Under the pieces are notes generated by a model. The model was not told the DNA's origin and did not search any database. It worked only from the letters and a program-made list of their open reading frames with translations. A DNA stretch of 64,000 bases from Eledone cirrhosa (taxonomy: Eukaryota): the NCBI GenBank assembly GCA_964016885.1, contig OZ024749.1, positions 1 through 64,000 of the forward strand, given 5' to 3'. Both the position numbers and the translations under genes were made by a program. Numbering within the stretch: the first letter of the stretch is position 1; every line of letters starts with the position of its first letter. This document shows, in pieces, positions 26,701-41,049 of this stretch.

Positions 26701-28959
26701 TGCAGTAGCAGAAGCAAGTGAGACACTGATGCTGAGGAGAAAGAAGAGGAAGCATGTCAGTTCTGCAGACCCAAAGGTGTGTGCAGCCTGCCAAGGACCA
26801 ATTCTGTGCTGATCCTATGGAGAGGATGGACACAGTGGAGGTGATGAGGGAAGCACTCTGTACCGCTTACACTGACGCCAGAGAGGAGACACTAAAAGTG
26901 TTAAGAGAACGGTTGACAGTTGGATGATCAACGAGATCACATGGAGGAAAGGTCAGATCAAGGAAACAGATCCAGAGGATAGGAAAAAGGAAATGGCTGG
27001 ACCATTTTAGAACACATCTATGAGATGCCCTCCACAGCCAAGAACACTGGGCAGATCAGGTGGCTGTTACAATAACTGCATATTGAGACAGGACCCTTTG
27101 CCAGAGAGGAGCTTCAGAGAGCAAAAAAAGAAGATAAAGGAGGGCAAGGCCCATGGAGAAAATCGAGTGGCATCAGGTCATGTAGAGTTGTGATTTTCAT
27201 ATCTTGCAGTTCTGTAAAAAGGGACTGGAGAAACGAGTTGCCCTGAACCAGTGGACGATCAGTAACTTCGTGCCACTGCCAAAGAAGGCAGATCTCTCTA
27301 ACACCAACTACAGGGGGACCTCGCATGTGGCAAAGACCCCCAACAGGATGATTCTTAAGAGAATCCAGCCCTACATGGACAAAAAGCTCAAACAACCAGA
27401 ACAGCTTCACAGATAAAGATCAACCAACGGTCACATCCTGATGCTGAGGAAGATATTTGAGGGAGCTAAAGCAAATTGCCTATAATTCTGTCGATCGTCA
27501 CTGCCTGATCAATATCTTGTGGAATACAAAAGTATCACTGCTCTACACGAACACTAAAGCCAAAGTCATTACACCCGATGGTTCTTCGAATTATTAGTTG
27601 GAGTGCTCCAAGGAGCTACACCCATTGTTCAGTGGCTAAATACAGTCAAAGAAAAATATAATTGCTTTTCTTTCTCAGAGAGTTAAGTCAGCGAAGGTAA
27701 CACACCACTAACAAAATCCCCTCTCCTACAAAAATGGTCAATGACCAATCCAGCAGATAAACAATTATATTAAGAAAAATAATTTCTTTTTAAACAAAGG
27801 ACAATTACATATTTACTGTTGAAGGCCTGTTTGTGGGCTTATGTAGAGTAATATAGATATAAATACATCAACGACAAACACTATATTGTCTCGCACTTTA
27901 AAGGATTCGCTTTTGCAATAAAACAGGGAATCGACATTATCCGATTCCCTAATATTTTATATTATATTGGCATCTGCTTGGCAGCGAACTCCAACTGCTG
28001 GGCCTGCATTCTTCTCTCTCTTGTCTGTTATGCTTGTACTTCATTGATTTTCACTGCAACAATCACCAACTACTCTTTCTATGTTTATTCTCGGGGATGT
28101 CTTTTCTACCCACTGCATTCTTCACTACATCATGCACATTTTCCACAGCTGCTTCACATCGGTCACATCTACGATCTTAATTCTGAACAATTACCATAAA
28201 TATATATTTTGTCTGCATCAATCAGTTTGTCTTCGTTTCCTATTCTTATATTGCAAAAGCGTATCCAAAAAAAACAAAAAAAAAAAACAATATAGCGTTT
28301 CCTCACCGTAACTATATTACTTTCACTCTCCAGCTTCCTGGTAACATAACCATATATTAAGTTTTAATGCATGTGCCTACTTGTATACCGTAATTTCTGT
28401 CTATATTTATGAGGAAAGAGGATAGATATTGACAAGATGATATAAATATATATAGCTATTCAGTTTTATATATAAACCCCCCCCCACACACACACACACA
28501 CACTAACCACAAACTAAAACTAAACCCAAATAATTCATCTAGAAATTAATGAACCCCGTCGTATCTGCTTCGAAATGATATTCAAACAAATAGAAACTAA
28601 AACTTACTATATCACTAACGTGCTGCATTAAATGGACATGAAAAAACACCCGTCTCAATTTTACGATGAAAACCGATATAATAAATTAAGCTTAAGCTTA
28701 ATTAGTAAAGTAGTCTTCAGCAGAAACAGACAAGGCATAAATTCAATGACAGTTTTATCAAACAACAAAATTTCTGGCTAAAACGGAAAATAAAATATTT
28801 TTATTAAAATATACTAGAGTAATTTCCCTTTGCTAATTAGAATGTTGCATAAACAGATTTCTACGGTGATATAAACACAAACCCGATACACACCAACATA
28901 TATATTATATTGTATTTATATATTATATATATACATGTGTATATAGTACAGACATTTAT

Positions 28960-29270
28960 TACAAATACACACATAATACAGACACATACTACACACACAT
29001 ACTACACACACATAATACACATATAATACAGATAATACACACATAATACGCACAGATAATACACACATAATACGCACAGATAATACACACATAATACGCA
29101 CAGATAATACACACATATAATACACATAATACGCACAGATAATACGCAGATAATACACACAGATAATACACACATAATACAGAGATAATACGCACAAATA
29201 GACACCTAATAGACACAATACACACAATACATACACATACACACATAATATACACACACACACACACACA
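28960..29270. repeat. CA-rich minisatellite with ~24-bp unit CAGATAATACACACATAATACGCA
   Basis: Unit repeated directly at ~29029-29150 and degenerating on both sides. Confidence 0.8.
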
Positions 29271-29370
29271 CAATATATAGTAATAATAATAAATTTGAAA
29301 ACTAAAATTAAAAAAGGGCTCGATATGGATACATATATATCAAATATATAAGAACCGTACAGCAAATATA

Positions 29371-29599
<229 letters not shown>

Positions 29600-29787
29600 A
29601 ATAAATAAATAAATAAATATATAAATATAAAAATTTCAGGTTATCATTTAATATAAACTGTTATAGATAAAATGAGATTTCTTAATTCAATTCCCTAATG
29701 CATATACCAGCTGGCTACTAGCATTGATGTTATTCAGTAGCAGTCGAAATCTCCCCCTTCCTTAATTGACACTTTATAGTTAATACT

Positions 29788-29895
29788 TGTTTCTACTTTA
29801 GGCACAAGGCCAGCAATTACCCAGTGCATTACTAGTACTTTATTTTATCGACCCCGTAAGGATGAAAGGCAAAGTCAACCTCGGCGGGATTTGAG
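29788..29895 (-). mobile_element. SINE 3' portion, same family as 23594-23779
   Basis: TTGTTTCTACTTTAGGCACAAGGCCAGCAA...TATCGACCCCGTAAGGATGAAAGGCAAAGTCAACCTCGGCGGGATTTGA. Confidence 0.85.
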
Positions 29896-30311
29896 GTTGA
29901 CTAGTTAATACTACTACACCAAATGACCAGCCCTGTCCATTGTTCAATTGGTCAAGTATAGATTAAAATAGGCACTCCCAAAAATTCTTATTTAGATAAA
30001 ATAAACCATTTACTCATTGTATTCTCATTAAAACCCATTTATATACTTGTTTAGCAGTAAATTGAATTACCATCTGTCATATACTTCTCTTCCTCTATTA
30101 CAACTAATATAAATAGTTCAATTTTTCTGATTTTTTCCAATTTATCCAAAATCTCTGAAGTTACAACTGATTATACATTTGGTATCGAATACTTGCTAAC
30201 ATTATGATTACGCAAGCAGCGATACATAGGTATTTCGTCTGTTACAGAAACATGTCGATACCTAATAAATTCCTTTTTTTTAAAAAAGCACTTTCATTTT
30301 ATATTCATCTT

Positions 30312-31800
<1,489 letters not shown>

Positions 31801-32309
31801 CATATTTAAAAAAATTGGTTGGCTGGTATAACCTAACGTAAAAAAATAAATAAAAAAATTCTATCCAAAAGTGAGAGCTTTGTGGCAGAGAAGAATTGAA
31901 CAGGGACAAATTTTTAGGAGAATCTGGAATAAAAATATTCTAATGGTGCATTTTATATTTTATATTCTCTAAATTACAAGTGAACAAAATTAACGTTAAT
32001 CTAACTATAACGTATTACTGCTACTTTATTGGATAAACAATACTGAGTCAGCTTTTATAAGTCTTTTGAAAACCGAGAACAGAGACAATACCAACCATGT
32101 GAATTCAACACATTTTTCCAGATAAATCTTTAAAAACAATTTTTACCCCCCCCCCACCCCCACATAATCTCATCAACACACATATTATACATATATATAC
32201 ATATATATCTTTCATTTTCTCCCTTAATCACTAGCAAATACCAACTCCTCCAGTTCTAAAAATAGAAAATTCTTCCAGAAAGATAGACAGATAAAAATGA
32301 GAGAAGAGA

Positions 32310-32470
32310 GGAACCCAGTATTTGACTGGTACTTTTATTCAGAAAAAGATAATTGCGAGAAAACTATAGATAGGAAGAATTCACCCCAGCATTTCACTGG
32401 TACTTTTTTTTATCCAACGGAAGGAAGAAAGGCAAAGTTGACCTTGGCAGGATTTAAACTCAGAGAGCAT
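32310..32470 (-). mobile_element. Degenerate SINE remnants
   Basis: CCCCAGCATTTCACTGGTACTTTTT...GAAAGGCAAAGTTGACCTTGGCAGGATTTAAACTCAG resembles the SINE at 29788. Confidence 0.6.
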
Positions 32471-32639
32471 AGAAATAAAAACGAATACTCCAAGGTATTC
32501 GAATAACTGCAACCTTATATATATATATATATATATATAACAATTGTATATATATGTGTGTGTGTATATACAACAATATGATGAAATTAATTAAATCGAA
32601 AATGTTACCCCGATTAAAATACAAAAACATAACTATAAA

Positions 32640-32785
32640 AGCTTTTTTTTTTAAAGAAATTAATTGAATTGAATTTTTTTTAAAGAAATAAATGAAATTG
32701 AACTTTTTTTTTAAAGAAATAAGTTAAATTGAATTCTTTTTTTTTAAAGAAATATAAATTAAATTTTTTTTTTTTTTTAAATAAA
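32640..32785. repeat. ~31-bp AT-rich tandem repeat, 4-5 copies
   Basis: TTTTTTTTTAAAGAAAT...AATTGAA unit repeated. Confidence 0.75.
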
Positions 32786-33221
32786 TTAAATATAAATCGG
32801 ACTGACCTGTGGGACTTTTCTTCTCAGTCCCAGGAGTGAACGCTGTGGTTGGTTTTCGGCGTATCTCTGAGCAGCCCTAAGAAGGGCTTAACGCATACCC
32901 ACGTTGAAAGGACGCATGAGAATAGTGTGTAGTCATCTTTCAAAATCAGTGGCTGAAATGAAAAATATGAAAAACGGGACTTGTATTTATAAGGAAAACA
33001 AAGTGACAGTAACTCACACATACTCACTCACGCACACACACACACATGTATCTATGTATGTATGTATGTATGTATGTGGTTTTGCCGCCAAAAGATTAGC
33101 AAAGTTTGTGAGTGTGTATGTGTGTAACAACAACAACAACAACAACCGAACAATAGCAACAAATAATAAAACAAAATTTATTATTCTATGAAGAAATTTA
33201 ATATTTTGATCAAACAATGTG

Positions 33222-33262
<41 letters not shown>

Positions 33263-33354
33263 AAGATGTATGACCCCGACGGCAGAGCTCAAGCCGTTTC
33301 GACGGCTATCTCTGGTGCATTATGGTCCATCTGGTTCCTTAACACAACTCCGTA

Positions 33355-33390
<36 letters not shown>

Positions 33391-33665
33391 AGAAGTTGTA
33401 TTTAATTTGTTGCAAGTCCGACAAACAAATGTTTATAACTGATTTAGAGCACTCAACAGTTTACTGGAGTAAATATTTCGTGATATTAAATAAATGGAAA
33501 CTATATTTATAAAACCATATTTATTTTATTATATATATTTCAAGGCCAACCAAGACAAGCTTGGTGCACTTTCATCAAATAAAATACAAAAGTTTATTTT
33601 GCTTTCCAACCGATAAGATTTGCCTTTCATGGATACGTCTTTATTGATATATATATATCTATATA

Positions 33666-33697
<32 letters not shown>

Positions 33698-33787
33698 GAA
33701 AAATATATTAAAGGCGGTACCCCAGCATGACCTCAGCAAAATGGCTGGGACAAGTAAAAGAGTAAAACAATATACATATATATAATA

Positions 33788-34580
33788 CTAGCAGTGGTAC
33801 CCGGCGTTGCACGGGATAAGTTATTTTGACCTAATCGTAGAAAAACTGCATGCCTGGACAATATGTAAAGAAAATAAACCGAATGCTCTGATGCAATTAG
33901 TATTAGGTATGCTTTTCCTTCCACGTGAAGAAAATCGGCTAAGTGCTTTTGTACTTTAATAAAGTGGCAGGAGTCAGCAGGACAGATGTCACCACTTATA
34001 TCAGAGGGAAGTCTGCAATGCTTGAGCAAGGCATGACGTGCAATCGGACAGCATATGGAGCCTTCTCGAACCAGTCCACCGCACCTTCACAAACGTTTAC
34101 CAAACAGTGGGTATAATTTAACAATTTTACAGAGGAGTGGTGCAATAAAATGGGCCTTGAGGCGTGTGCGTGTTCACTCGCCACCCGAAACCAAAGGGTC
34201 GCCATCAGTTATTTCAAGGGCCCTTATAATGGATTTGTAAGCCGTTCACTGACACTCCAGTAACTACGGGTAACAATCAACAATTTCAAGTGGTGACCAT
34301 AAAAATGGCCATGTGAACGTTCTCTTAATAGTAACTTTCACTGCGTTCTCTGACATTTGGAGGGTGTTACGGTTGCTTCCACTGGTAGCCTTTACAATGA
34401 ATCAATGCGTTTGCGGCCCATTTAACAGCCATACATTGACGCGCCGAGTGCGATGCAGACAGCTAGACATACAGACATATTATAAGGGCGCGGTGTAAAG
34501 TTTGAAAACAGTCGGTTGGGTGCTTCTCGAGGTTTAGGGATTCAAACTCACACAGACATCCTTAGTTTTATATATATATA
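33788..34580 (-). mobile_element. Non-autonomous Helitron with the same termini as 12404-13037 but a different interior
   Basis: A|CTAGCAGTGGTACCCGGCGTTGCACGGG (intact CCCG/CGGG hairpin) at left; AAGTTTGAAAACAGTC.GTTGGGTG.TTCT..GACATC.T.AGTTTTATATATA at right. Confidence 0.78.
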
Positions 34581-34894
34581 TACCATATGATACGTTCTAC
34601 CTTGCAATCCACAATGACAAGAAACCTTGTAAATACAATGTCGATCATATCACACCATCTCCACCACCACACCACACATCGTCATGTGCATACCATACAC
34701 GCCTACATCCTCATCCCCCCATGTTCCCTCTATCTACCCTAACTTGCAACCCCACGTTAAATTCGATCCTGTAACTGTACTGTCGCACGCACACACAACC
34801 ACCGCCACCACTAAATACATCCACATACTTCAACAATCATCATCAACACATATCACTCGATCCCAAATCGACTGTATTATATACCCCCCAGGGT

Positions 34895-35080
34895 GGGGGG
34901 TTGGCAGTCTCGGTAGAGGGTCGGACGCCATGCTTTCAAACATAGTTACGTCCCTTTACGATCTGAGTTCAAATCCCGCCTAGGTTGACTTTGCCTTTCA
35001 TCCTTACGGGGGTCGATAAAATAAAGTACCAGTAATACACTGGCTATTTGCTGGCCTTGTGCCTAAAGTAGAAACAATTA
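34895..35080 (+). mobile_element. tRNA-derived SINE, near full length
   Basis: A-box-like TGGCAGTCTCGG, B-box-like GAGTTCAAATCC, body is the reverse complement of 23594-23779. Confidence 0.85.
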
Positions 35081-35374
35081 TATACCCCCACCCCCCCGTA
35101 TGCCTACCATATAACACACCGTAACCTCTGATCATGTAATCATCTTGCCGAACATATCACCCCAGCACCACCACCATCACCATGTCCACAACACACATGG
35201 CCGTACGTCCATAAACGCTTTTCCCCCCGCGTTCCCTATCTCACCTCTTAACCGGTATTCGATCCGGTATATATATTTTTGTCCCTCACAACTCCATCCA
35301 CCACCACCACCACAAAACACAACTCCATACTTCACCAACACCGACAAAACATACCTCCACTCCCCAACCAACAA

Positions 35375-35683
35375 TAGTGTGTGTGTCTGTGTGTAAGTAT
35401 TTTACTCATACGGGCGTTTTAAGTGTGCGTGCGTGTACGCAAATTTATCTGTATGTGTGTGTGTGTGTGTATGTGAACACATGTATATACATATGTCTAT
35501 GTGTGTGTATATATATATATATCTGTATATATATATATGTGTATGCATATGTGTATGTGTGTGTATATATGTATGTGTGTGTACGTCTACATATATGTAT
35601 ATGGGTAAATCTGACTATGTGTAGGTGAGCTCATATATGTGCATGTATGTATATATGTGCGTGTATGTGTGTGTTGTCGGTAC

Positions 35684-35723
<40 letters not shown>

Positions 35724-36035
35724 ATATATATATATATATGTGTGTGAGTATACGTGTGTGGGAGTGTGTATGTGTATATCTTGCATACATGAGTGTGAGT
35801 CCTTCCCCCCATCTCTGTCGTTCGCCACCCCCACCGATACTCCACCACTCTCCATATTCGTGTCCGCATGCGCGCATGCACATACATGTGTGTACATATA
35901 CATATGGCTGTGTGTGAGCGTATGCCGATATGTGTGGGCAAGGATGTGCGTATGTGTCTTATGTTGTGTGTGTTTATACAACAATATATGTGCACATATA
36001 TATACATATATGTGTGTACGTATACGTATATACAA
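35375..36035. repeat. Compound (TG)/(TA)/(TATG) microsatellite region
   Basis: Low-complexity dinucleotide runs; source of the YI/CV-rich ORFs. Confidence 0.85.
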
Positions 36036-36849
36036 GATATCTGTCAGACGAAGAGCGTCTATGTATCTATGTAAGGTCCTGACGCCACCAATACATCCAC
36101 CACACCACCAAAAACGCCGCTACCATAGACAAAGGCGCCACTACCACACGCCAACCCGTCTACAGACAGTTCACTAACCTCACACCACAACCCATCCCAC
36201 TAAATAACCTTAACCACCACCATATCTTCACATCCACACCAACATACTCGACACGCCAAGGCCAACCCACCACCACCACCACAGACCGTCACCAACATCT
36301 CACCATCACACCCACCCCCCATATACACTACAGGCCAGTACATCGTCTTGATCCTTCTCACCAATCAAAACATCTCATTTTGTCAAACTCTTGAAACTCT
36401 GACTTTACCACATAGCATGTATTTCATTTTCTTATAGCATTTTAAGAGGGTCCGTCGAGCTGCCGATTATTGAGTCGGGTAGGATCGATATAGATCGAAC
36501 CTTGAGCTCATCAGTGGCGAAACGCGCGTCAAATATCAATAAATGCAATGAAGGAATAATCAACACTACAACTACCATCATGAAAATTGCCAATGGTGTC
36601 AGAAAATATATATATCTCTGTATTGAGTATGAGGGGTGGGGGAGATTACGGCTGTCATCTCATTTTCTTTCATCAAGGCTAAGTCATGTCGGGTTTGAAA
36701 ACGTAGTTCAAATGATGGCGGTGGTAGCGAGTGTTGTTGGTGTGGTGGTTTGGTGGCGGTGTGGTGTCGTAGTGGTGGCGTAGTGGTGGTGAAATATAAA
36801 CCACGTGGAGTGGAACAAATATAATGAAATAAATAAATATATATATACA

Positions 36850-37034
36850 AATACATACATACACATACATACATACACATACATACATACATACATACAC
36901 ATACATACACATACATACATACATACATACATACATACATACATACATACATACATACATACATACATACATACATACATACATACATACATACATACAT
37001 ACATACACATACATACACACATACACACATACAT
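36850..37034. repeat. (CATA)n tetranucleotide microsatellite
   Basis: Long direct CATA run. Confidence 0.95.
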
Positions 37035-38220
37035 GTAGGTGATCTCTTTCTCTTAATTTCGAATATATTTTTTGACCGGTCACCTTCCTGGTGGCAAGGT
37101 TGTAAAAGAAAAGAAATTGTCATCCCTTGAATCGCAAGAATGTTTTGCAAATTTTGAAGGTGCCAACTATCGCAGCCACTTGTAGACTGAATTAGGGAGC
37201 TGCGCTCTTTGTCAGCAAATCCAAGTTCAGTCATACTTTGGTCCAAGCGGGTTGGTATATAACCCGTAGCTCCAATAATGATGGGTATGAAGCTAAAGGT
37301 GTATTTTGGATACTGGATTTGTAAACTCCTCATCAATGGTCCGTAGATGTCCTCCTCCTCCTGTATTTTTCTGACAACGTTTACATCAAGTGGGCAGCTG
37401 ATCTCCACAACACAACACGTTTTCAATGGGTGGTCCCAAACAACAATATCAGGCCGGTTGTGCTTTAATTTGGTGGCAGTTTTTATTTTCAGGTTCCACC
37501 AGTATTCCTTAGTGCCATCTGTCTCGATATATTCTTCCTCGTTTGTTGTTAATTTTGTTTTCCAAAGTGCGTTCCAGATGGTTCTAGCTATCCCATCGTG
37601 TCTCATGGGGAGGTAGTAGCGAGATGACATTCTTTCGCAGCTGGCAACAATGTCGCTTACATCTTCAATCTTTGTTTTACATAAGCCTACGTTTATTGTC
37701 AGCTGATGTCCCTCCTCTTTTGTGCAGCAGATATTTGGTAGGGAGTTCTTGTTACTGTATTGCATAGAGATATCCCTCAAGGTGTCATGTCATAAACTTG
37801 TCGGAACTCCATGCCAGGCTTTTTGAGTGGTTTATCACCTCTATGGTCTGTGTTTTACGTCTCAAGTATACGTGCACAACTTTTTCTGTAAATTGGTCAA
37901 TTTTTTCATCTTCTTTGAACAGTGAATAGGATCTTCCGATTTCTCTGGGTGAGAGATTTATATCAGGCTTTATTCCATATCTCTCCTCCAGATCAGTGGC
38001 TATCCTAATGATATTTTTTTTTTCATGCTCATAAACCTGGGCCATAAAACTTTTCCTCTGTTGAAGATGTTGCTTCAGTGTTACTATCCGGGTGTCATAT
38101 GATGTTAATATGGATTTTAGACCCCGGCCACCTTCCTTGCATGACAAGTACAGCCTATCCACATAACCAAAGTTCCCAGTAACACTGACAAGTTTTCGAG
38201 TTCTAACATCTATCTCTCTT
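37035..38220 (-). mobile_element. 5'-truncated non-LTR retrotransposon with restriction-like endonuclease (R4/Dong- or NeSL-like), degenerate
   Basis: RLYLSCKEGGRGL (RT thumb), LCKTKIEDVSDIVASC (decayed CCHC), YLPMRHD, HNRPDIVVWD, VEISCP, PIIIGATG. Confidence 0.88.
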
Positions 38221-38258
38221 AAGTATGTGATATTTACATCTCAAATGATATATATATA

Positions 38259-39108
38259 CAGGGTGTTTCCAAAAATGTGTAAAGTTTATTCCGAGTTCAA
38301 TCACAGCTAACAACAGTAAGTAAGGTACTCAATTCATAACAGAGTATAAATATTTAATATAGTAATGACTTCTACATGACTATAACTGTTTCATTCAGGA
38401 GAATTATATACGTGCGTGCGTGTGTTTTAATGACCATATACATACATCCCTCCCCTCAAACAGTCCTTCAATGTCTGGTTCCGGTTTCTCATCATTGTCA
38501 AGTCACACCTTAGCACGTTTTGTATTGAGAAGTGTCCATCCAATTCACAGTACTTGGATCCGATACTGTGCTGCCGCTGTGAAAGGGGTTTCGAGCGGCC
38601 AACTGGACTGTCACTTCTCATAACAGTGCAATCTAGTCCCAGGCTGCCACGGTCGTCTTTCGTATTGAGAAGTATCCATCGCGGGGAGAGGGCCCGGCTC
38701 CGAAATTGGGGTGCCGCTGTGAGAAGGATTCGGTGCGGCAAACTGGCCTCTTCCTCCTCATAATGATATCACTGGTCACTTCGCATAGTTGTGCCATCCA
38801 ACGCCATGCTCCAAAACTGGCTGTCGCTACATTGTCAGCTGTAAAATACTCAGCCGAAAAGAGTGTTTGGGACATAAAGGTTTTTAGATAAATATAAACA
38901 CTTAGAGCGTGATTCTCGGGGAGATTCAGCATCAAACATTCATCTATATATACCACAGACAAATTATATATATAATATACAGTTCTACTCCTGCAGAAGA
39001 CATTTCTAGATTCAATATTTATACTCTGCTATGTATTGAGTACCTTACTGTGGTTACCCCAGATTGAACCTGGGACCAACTCACACACACATTTTTATAT
39101 ATACACCT
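38259..39108. mobile_element. Non-autonomous Tc1/mariner-type element with ~130-bp imperfect TIRs
   Basis: TA|CAGGGTGTTTCC left end; GTAAGGTACTCAATTCATAACAGAGTATAAATATT mirrored by AATATTTATACTCTGCTATGTATTGAGTACCTTAC near 39015-39050. Confidence 0.8.
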
Positions 39109-39884
39109 ACCCATACACATGCACTCAGTTTGACATACGCACAGATACATTCTGATATAATGGCTGCGGTTAAAGATCGGAAGTAGGGTGTATGTCAGAA
39201 ATTAGATTCTTTTATTGTTAACAAAGAACAAAGAACATGGCGGTAAATGTTGACTGACTCCAAAAGATAAAAAATAAATATTCGTTAATTTTTTTAAAAT
39301 TATATTTCAGCTTTTCTTTGTAAATATTCATTTCCTCTCAATAATCTATATGACATATCATCACTGTTAGATACACATGTGTATTATCGGAATCAAAGAA
39401 ACAACAACACGCGTAATTGTCTGTATCTCTATAACTGTGTCTTTCTATCTAACCCCCGCCCCCTCCTCTCTCTATATATACATATATCTTTCTATCAGTA
39501 TGTCTATCTTTCACCAATTCTATTTCCTTCACTTTGACTACGTAGCCCAACTGGTGGCGACAGTGTTGGTGTAGTGGTGTGTTGGTGGTGTGTGTTGGTG
39601 TGGTGGCGTGGTGGTGTAGTGGTGTGGTGGTGTTGTGGTGGTGAAATATCAACCACGTGGAACACAAAATAGAATGAATACTACTACTAATACTACAAAC
39701 AACAATAATAATTGTTTCTGCTTTGGGCAAAATGCAAACATTTTGAGAGGACGCTCTACCGATTACTGCAGGCACGTTACCCATCTAATAATAATATACT
39801 GTACATAAAAATCACAACACCATACATAATGACTGCGCCCTCGTTATCGAGTATGGCCATTGCGAGATATAACATTATTGATAA

Positions 39885-41047
39885 CTAGCAGTTTAGCCCG
39901 GCGTTACTCGGGTTTGTTCATTTGCTATGAAAAGTTACATACAGGTAAACGTAGCTTGAAAGCGCATAATCTTATCAATTAAGTGCATAAAGCAGTTGAA
40001 CCGGTTATTAATAGTTACAAACCAATTAGCATTTTGGACAATCAATGATGGCTTAATAATCTTCCAATAGCGAATTTAGTAGAACAAAGTTGCAAGATGG
40101 TGGCCCTGGTGCCGCTGCGTGTCAGATCTGTCCGCTATGGGTGACCCAACCAGTTTTCCAGACGGCATAACTCAAACATCTATAGCACTTCATTGTAGAC
40201 GATATTGCGTGTCATCCCTTGAGGAGTGTAAGCAAAAAGTCCATTCCTGCTCCATACGCGGAAACTGGCAACAAAGTTGGCCATGGGAGAAGTATGGCTC
40301 CCCCAAATGGATGACCGCCACCAACAATGTTTGCCCTTGTGACTTGTTAATGGACTTGGAAAAAAAAAAAAATGGTCTCACCGGGAATTGGGATCGCCGG
40401 AAATCGAACGGGATATCTGACGCCGAGGGGCAAAGGTTCATCCTTGGAATGAAAACATTCTCCCCTCTCCAGCACCCCGTTACAATGGTGGCCTCAATCA
40501 AGTGCAGCGTCAGTGACTTGACGACCATGCGAGTACCGTTGCACTGCTTTGGTGGACGCAAGTTCCTTATTAGCATAATGGGACAGCCAACCCTAAGCTT
40601 AAGAATAAGAGGTGGGAGCCCTGGGGAATTTAATAACTCAACCGGATAATTAACGATATCGTCGGGGTCTGACGCCAGGTCGATAGATTTGAAGATGTCT
40701 TCTTTACCGGGAATCTTCTCAATCAGCTGCTCGTTAATAAAATTAACCATGGTATTTTTCCGAGCAAGGATGGCTCTTTCGCTGAGCTAATCGAGGTTTT
40801 TAAAGTTAGATGAGACATTAGAAAAAACTGCTTCCAAAAGGTCAGAAGGGCTGCTCACAATGTTGCACAGGGAGTCGATTGCTATTCCGCCTTTGTCATC
40901 CGCAGGGACCTTGCCCTCACAAAGTGCTAAAATATGCTGACCAAATGCTGCAGACATGTCACCATGCAAATGAGCACGCATATTTGTGCTCAAGTACAAA
41001 CTCTTCACCTGGAGCCACAACATGGACGACTTAAGGCAGGCAGGCAC
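39885..41047 (-). mobile_element. Helitron 3' fragment: C-terminal PIF1-like helicase pseudogene plus 3' terminus
   Basis: ACLKSSMLW..LSTNMR, YPVELLNSPGLPPLILKLRVGCPIMLIRNL, CNGTR, FIPRM, RRSQFPV, INKSQGQT, FSHGQL; hairpin CCCG..CGGG at 39897-39912 and CTAG at 39885. Confidence 0.92.
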
Positions 41048-41049
41048 GC

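Larger units (their letters stand above)
13325..28330 (+). repeat. Diverged tandem segmental triplication plus partial fourth copy, unit ~4.5-5.3 kb, built from LINE fragments and foldback modules
   Basis: Anchor CATCAACGACAAACACTAT at 13325, 18634, 23130, 27866 (spacings 5309, 4496, 4736); paralogous ORF fragments such as MVDEA(I/V)KAKRQAWKEWK at 15829, 21192, 25444. Confidence 0.93.

Noticed and set aside
28960-29270. CRISPR-like periodicity
   Set aside because: Tandem minisatellite without unique spacers; eukaryotic context, no cas genes
34895-34985. tRNA gene
   Set aside because: Only A/B-box-like motifs of a SINE head; no cloverleaf
36599-37780. 393-aa ORF as a real gene
   Set aside because: RLE remnant that frameshifts and reads through a microsatellite; zinc-knuckle residues are mutated
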